A stretch of DNA of 33,567 bases from Trichomonas gallinae. Its lineage: Eukaryota. Position numbers and translations under genes: made by a program. A model generated the notes under the pieces. That model did no database searches, was not told the origin of the DNA, and worked only from the letters and a program-made list of their open reading frames with translations. Where the stretch lies: positions 1-33,567 of the forward strand of contig MRSU01010201.1 in assembly GCA_008369845.1 (NCBI GenBank), written 5' to 3'. This document shows positions 29,936 to 33,567 of this stretch, in pieces; position 1 is the stretch's first letter, and each line of letters begins with the position of its first letter.

Positions 29936-31012
29936 TCAGAATTTGAAATCACTAAAATCAGGAATTGCGAAAGATTTGCGTTTCTTCTTCATTCCTTTAT
30001 CGAACTGAGCGAATTGGTAACCTTCAGAGCAAACGGTGCCTTCGAATTTAAGAATCTCAGTTCTTGGATCGACCAATGGAACTGTGAGTTCAGGGAAGTG
30101 CGGAACATCATCTAGATTTGCTCCTTTGACGTATTCGTGCTCAGCAACTTGTTGAATATTAAATCTCTTGAATGGATTAACAGTAAGCATCTTTGTAATG
30201 AGGTCCCACATGAGTGGATCGGCGCCTTCTGGCATTTCGAGAGTTGTAACAGCAATGGCACGAACAATTTCGAAAACATTATGTCCCCAGAAAGGAATTT
30301 CACGGAAAGCCATTTCGTAGAGAGTGACTCCGAGAGACCAAACATCCTCTTTACCAGGATCGATTGCATCTTCGTCGACATCTTCTTCCATTTCAAAACA
30401 ATCATCGATAACTTCTGGTGCTTGATAGATTGGAGTGCCAACAACCATCGCAGCACTCTGGAATGAATGTCCAATACCGAAATCTGATATCAAAGCTGTT
30501 CCGTTAGATTTCAATAAAATATTGGCAGGTTTAATATCTTGGTGAACAATGCCCTGAGAATGTAGAAATGCAATACCATCGACAATTTGTTTGAAAAGGG
30601 CTCTAGTTTCCGCTGGTGTGAATTTCTTACCTTTTTCCAAAATTCCAGCGATATTGCCGCAATTTGCGTATTCGATTACCATGTAGCAGATAGATCTATC
30701 CGGAATATGAATGACTTCTTTTAGAGATATGATATTTTTGTGATGTAACATTCTCATCGTTTCGATTTCTCGCTCAAGTTGCGAAACACCCGACTGCGTA
30801 CGCGATAATTCTTTGAGGTGGATTCTTTTCATAGCGTAATATTGAAATTCGTTCTGATCCAGCGCTAAATAAACTTTAGCGAATGAACCTTCGCCTAAAA
30901 CGCACTGCAAAAGGTACTGGTTGACCTGTTTGAGCGCGTGGGTGTTTTCGTAGTTAGTGTGAAGTTCACCCTTCCCGAGAAAACTAGATGGGGAAGTGGC
31001 TAGTTTCATCAT
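29936..31012 (-). CDS. Ser/Thr protein kinase, CAMK group (LKB1/CaMKK-like, non-RD)
   Basis: GEGSFAKV, YAMK, alphaC REIE, HQDIKPANILL, DFG, GTPIYQAPE and DVWSLGVTLYEM are all present. Confidence 0.93.
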   Translation of the reverse strand: MMKLATSPSSFLGKGELHTNYENTHALKQVNQYLLQCVLGEGSFAKVYLALDQNEFQYYAMKRIHLKELSRTQSGVSQLEREIETMRMLHHKNIISLKEVIHIPDRSICYMVIEYANCGNIAGILEKGKKFTPAETRALFKQIVDGIAFLHSQGIVHQDIKPANILLKSNGTALISDFGIGHSFQSAAMVVGTPIYQAPEVIDDCFEMEEDVDEDAIDPGKEDVWSLGVTLYEMAFREIPFWGHNVFEIVRAIAVTTLEMPEGADPLMWDLITKMLTVNPFKRFNIQQVAEHEYVKGANLDDVPHFPELTVPLVDPRTEILKFEGTVCSEGYQFAQFDKGMKKKRKSFAIPDFSDFKF

Positions 31013-31028
31013 TTTTGAAATTAATAAA

Positions 31029-31033
31029 AGTGA
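31029..31033 (-). promoter_or_regulatory. Initiator (Inr) element of the kinase gene
   Basis: Minus strand reads GTCACTTTTATTAATTTCAAAAATG. TCACT matches the trichomonad Inr, predicting +1 at 31031, 19 nt before the ATG. Confidence 0.65.
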
Positions 31034-31640
31034 CAGTCATTGATATATCGAGATCTTCATTTTTAAAATATATATCTAACAAAAGCAAATGGGCGAATTT
31101 CACTTAGTTTTGAGATCATTTGCTTAAGATATTCGTAATTTTAAATAAATCAAACAATGGCAACTAGTAATATAGCAAAAGCATCAGAAAATATGATAAA
31201 ATGAACAAGTAACATTGCTTGAATTTAATTTTTTTTTTCTGATTTTAATATCTTTTGTTTGGATGATAAAACTATTAAAATATAATGTAAATTCATTCAT
31301 TTTATGTTGGATTTAGTTAATCATTCTAAATAACAGCATTTTGTTATCCAAAATATATTCCATTTTTTATTCGAAAATGAACTATATTAAGCATTTAAAG
31401 TGACGTGGAATCCTGTGCCCTGGGCTAGGATGATTATCCAAATGTAGGGGGAGTAACAAGAAAATAGGAGACTTTCAAGAAGGCCTTGATTTTCAAGTCT
31501 GTTGCATAACAGCTTTGATTAGAAATGGATGCTTGTATTATATCCTGATTTGTTAAGCAAATTGTGTCATAAACCATTGGGTTTGGGATAAAGTTTCATG
31601 ATTAAACTATATGCCTGCTGATTTTTACACATCTTATCTG

Positions 31641-31868
31641 TCATAAAAAAGCTATTTTCATTCTTGATTCACTCAGATCAATCAAGAAAGACACAAAGGC
31701 ATCATTCAACTCAGATTCTATTCCAGGAACTGCGAGAAGACATTTGGCAATTTCATGATCACCATTTTGTGAAGCCATAATCAAAGATGTGACATTGTCT
31801 TCATTTTTTGAGTTTACATCTATTCCTGGCATTGTTAGCAGGAGTTTGACATCTGTTTGATGATCTAA
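31641..31868 (-). pseudogene. Ankyrin-repeat gene fragment
   Basis: The frame is open from 31868: LDHQTDVKLLLTMPGIDVNSKNEDNVTSLIMASQNGDHEIAKCLLAVPGI. This is about 1.5 ankyrin repeats of the PGIDVN type. It is preceded by an in-frame TGA and loses similarity after ~31718. Confidence 0.7.
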
Positions 31869-31973
31869 TCATGAAACAAATATCATTTTTAGATGACAAA
31901 AATGAAAAAGTTGTATATATAGGATTTTACATTCTTATAATTCAACAGTTAACTATAAAGAGTCTTATGCAGT

Positions 31974-32885
31974 TTAAATAGCAATGGCTGATTTTTCATA
32001 GTCCTTAGAAACATTTTCTAATTTCTTGTGATTGACAATAATTTCTGCCTTGCAGTCCATGACACTCAATGAGTGGTCAATAGAGCCAATGCTATCACAA
32101 ATGATTCTTCCACTCTTTGGATTCCTGATGCTTAAAATGTTTCCAATAACTTCAGCATCGATGTTCTCTGAGTATTCGAATGAGAAGTTTGTCTCTTCCA
32201 TCTTGCAGTTAACCATCTTCAAGTTCTTGCAGTAACAGAATGGCTGGACACCAATAATTGTACAGTTGATCAATGTGAGGTTGTTGGAGAACCATGCAAG
32301 ATACTCGCCTCTCAAAACACTGTCATAAACTGTAACGTTGTTTGCGTGCCAGAAGCAGTCTTTAGACACAATGTCGATGTTCCTCAATATTGCATTGTTC
32401 ACGTATTGGAAGATGTACTTTCCATTTGAAATCATTCCATCGACTTCAATATTTGAACCGTGCATTAGGAAGTAATCACAAGTGAACTTTGAGTTCTTTA
32501 TCTTGATGTTTTTCGACTCCCATCCTGCTTCATGAGAGACTAACTCACTGTCGATGATCTCGATGTTATCGCATTCTCTCATGATCTTGATACTGTTGAT
32601 CTTCGATTTTATGATCTTTCCATTCTTCGAGTACCACATTGGCGCTCTACAAGTTTCATTCATTGTTATATTCTCGAGCTCGTAGTTGTCACAGTGCCAC
32701 AATGGATATCTCAGTTTGAAATCTGTATCTTTGACTTTGAAGTTCTTTGCTTCTTTCAATGCACTTTCTCCATCTGCTGGACCTTCGAACTTGCAGTTTA
32801 AGACCGTTGCATCCTTCAAGTTATAAAGTGCACGCTCTTCATCGAACACCTTTCCTTCGATCACCATGTCTGCTGATGATGACAT
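31974..32885 (-). CDS. DUF3737 family beta-helix protein (bacterial-type)
   Basis: FDEERALY, GPADGESALKE, FKLRYPLWH, CRAPMWY, GKYIFQY, SKDCFWHANNVTVYDS, GEYLAW, GVQPFCYC, FEYS and SIRNPKSG match my recollection of DUF3737. Confidence 0.85.
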   Translation of the reverse strand: MSSSADMVIEGKVFDEERALYNLKDATVLNCKFEGPADGESALKEAKNFKVKDTDFKLRYPLWHCDNYELENITMNETCRAPMWYSKNGKIIKSKINSIKIMRECDNIEIIDSELVSHEAGWESKNIKIKNSKFTCDYFLMHGSNIEVDGMISNGKYIFQYVNNAILRNIDIVSKDCFWHANNVTVYDSVLRGEYLAWFSNNLTLINCTIIGVQPFCYCKNLKMVNCKMEETNFSFEYSENIDAEVIGNILSIRNPKSGRIICDSIGSIDHSLSVMDCKAEIIVNHKKLENVSKDYEKSAIAI

Positions 32886-32897
32886 AATGAAAAATGA
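32886..32897 (-). promoter_or_regulatory. Tandem initiator (Inr) elements of the DUF3737 gene
   Basis: Minus strand reads AAAATTTATCATTTTTCATTATG, with two TCATT motifs immediately before the ATG. Confidence 0.6.
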
Positions 32898-33567
32898 TAA
32901 ATTTTGTTTTATCTCAAATAAATGAATTCGCTCTCAATTATCAATTTTATGATTTCTTTTAATAAACTAACCATCATCTCCCAATAATTCATAATTCAAC
33001 GAACGATTATCGATTTGAAGATACATATCATTTTCTGAGGATCCGACCAAACCGCAAAACTATATTCTTCTGAAATTTTTAACCTAAAAATTTTCTTTCA
33101 CATTCTAATATATATTAATGTAGACAATATGCGATTGTGAATTTCATAAATTAAATGAGGCTCAATTTTTATCCATCCGGCCAATTGTTGGAAAATTTCA
33201 ACAATCTTTTGTAGTATAATGTAAATACCACAACTGGTAATAAATTATTAAATATCAGTGAAAATTCCATCAATTTGCGATTAAAAACCATTTTTATTTT
33301 TCTGATTTCTGATTTTTAATGCATATTATACATTTTTAGAGAAGGCAATAAAAAATAAACTAATTTCCACTAATATATTAGTCATCATGACTTAATTTAA
33401 ACTCATAATAAGATTAATAAAGATATCAATCCAAAATCTTGATTAATTGATTGATATGGACTAATATTTTTAATATATCATGCAGTGAAATAATGTACAC
33501 GATTTTCTGCAATATATTGCTCTTAAACAATTCAGAATGCTGCAAATATGATAGTATATTCTTAGTA

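Overview
Eukaryotic genomic DNA, most consistent with a parabasalid such as Trichomonas (inferred, not verified). The evidence is long intron-free CDSs, very AT-rich spacers, TCAYW initiator elements just upstream of ATGs, and families expanded in T. vaginalis (BEACH, Myb, CAMK-group kinase, B56, ankyrin). Gene order: 3' end of an aldo-keto reductase (+), GT61/DUF563-like glycosyltransferase (-), BEACH protein (-), R2R3 Myb (+), divergent PITP (-), TRRAP/Tra1-like pseudo-PIKK with a large Q/M-rich insertion (-), putative secreted or surface protein with no in-frame ATG at its apparent N-terminus (+), PP2A B56 subunit (+), non-RD CAMK-group kinase (-), ankyrin remnant (-), and a bacterial-type DUF3737 gene (-). 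I saw no tRNA, rRNA, CRISPR array or intact transposon. The most unexplained signal is non-coding: a (T/A)TTACAYGTCA motif clustered in three intergenic regions, partly at 21-bp spacing and partly inside a decayed ~190-250 bp tandem repeat. All family calls are by-eye motif recognition, not database searches. I cannot support a claim of a complete new multi-gene system.
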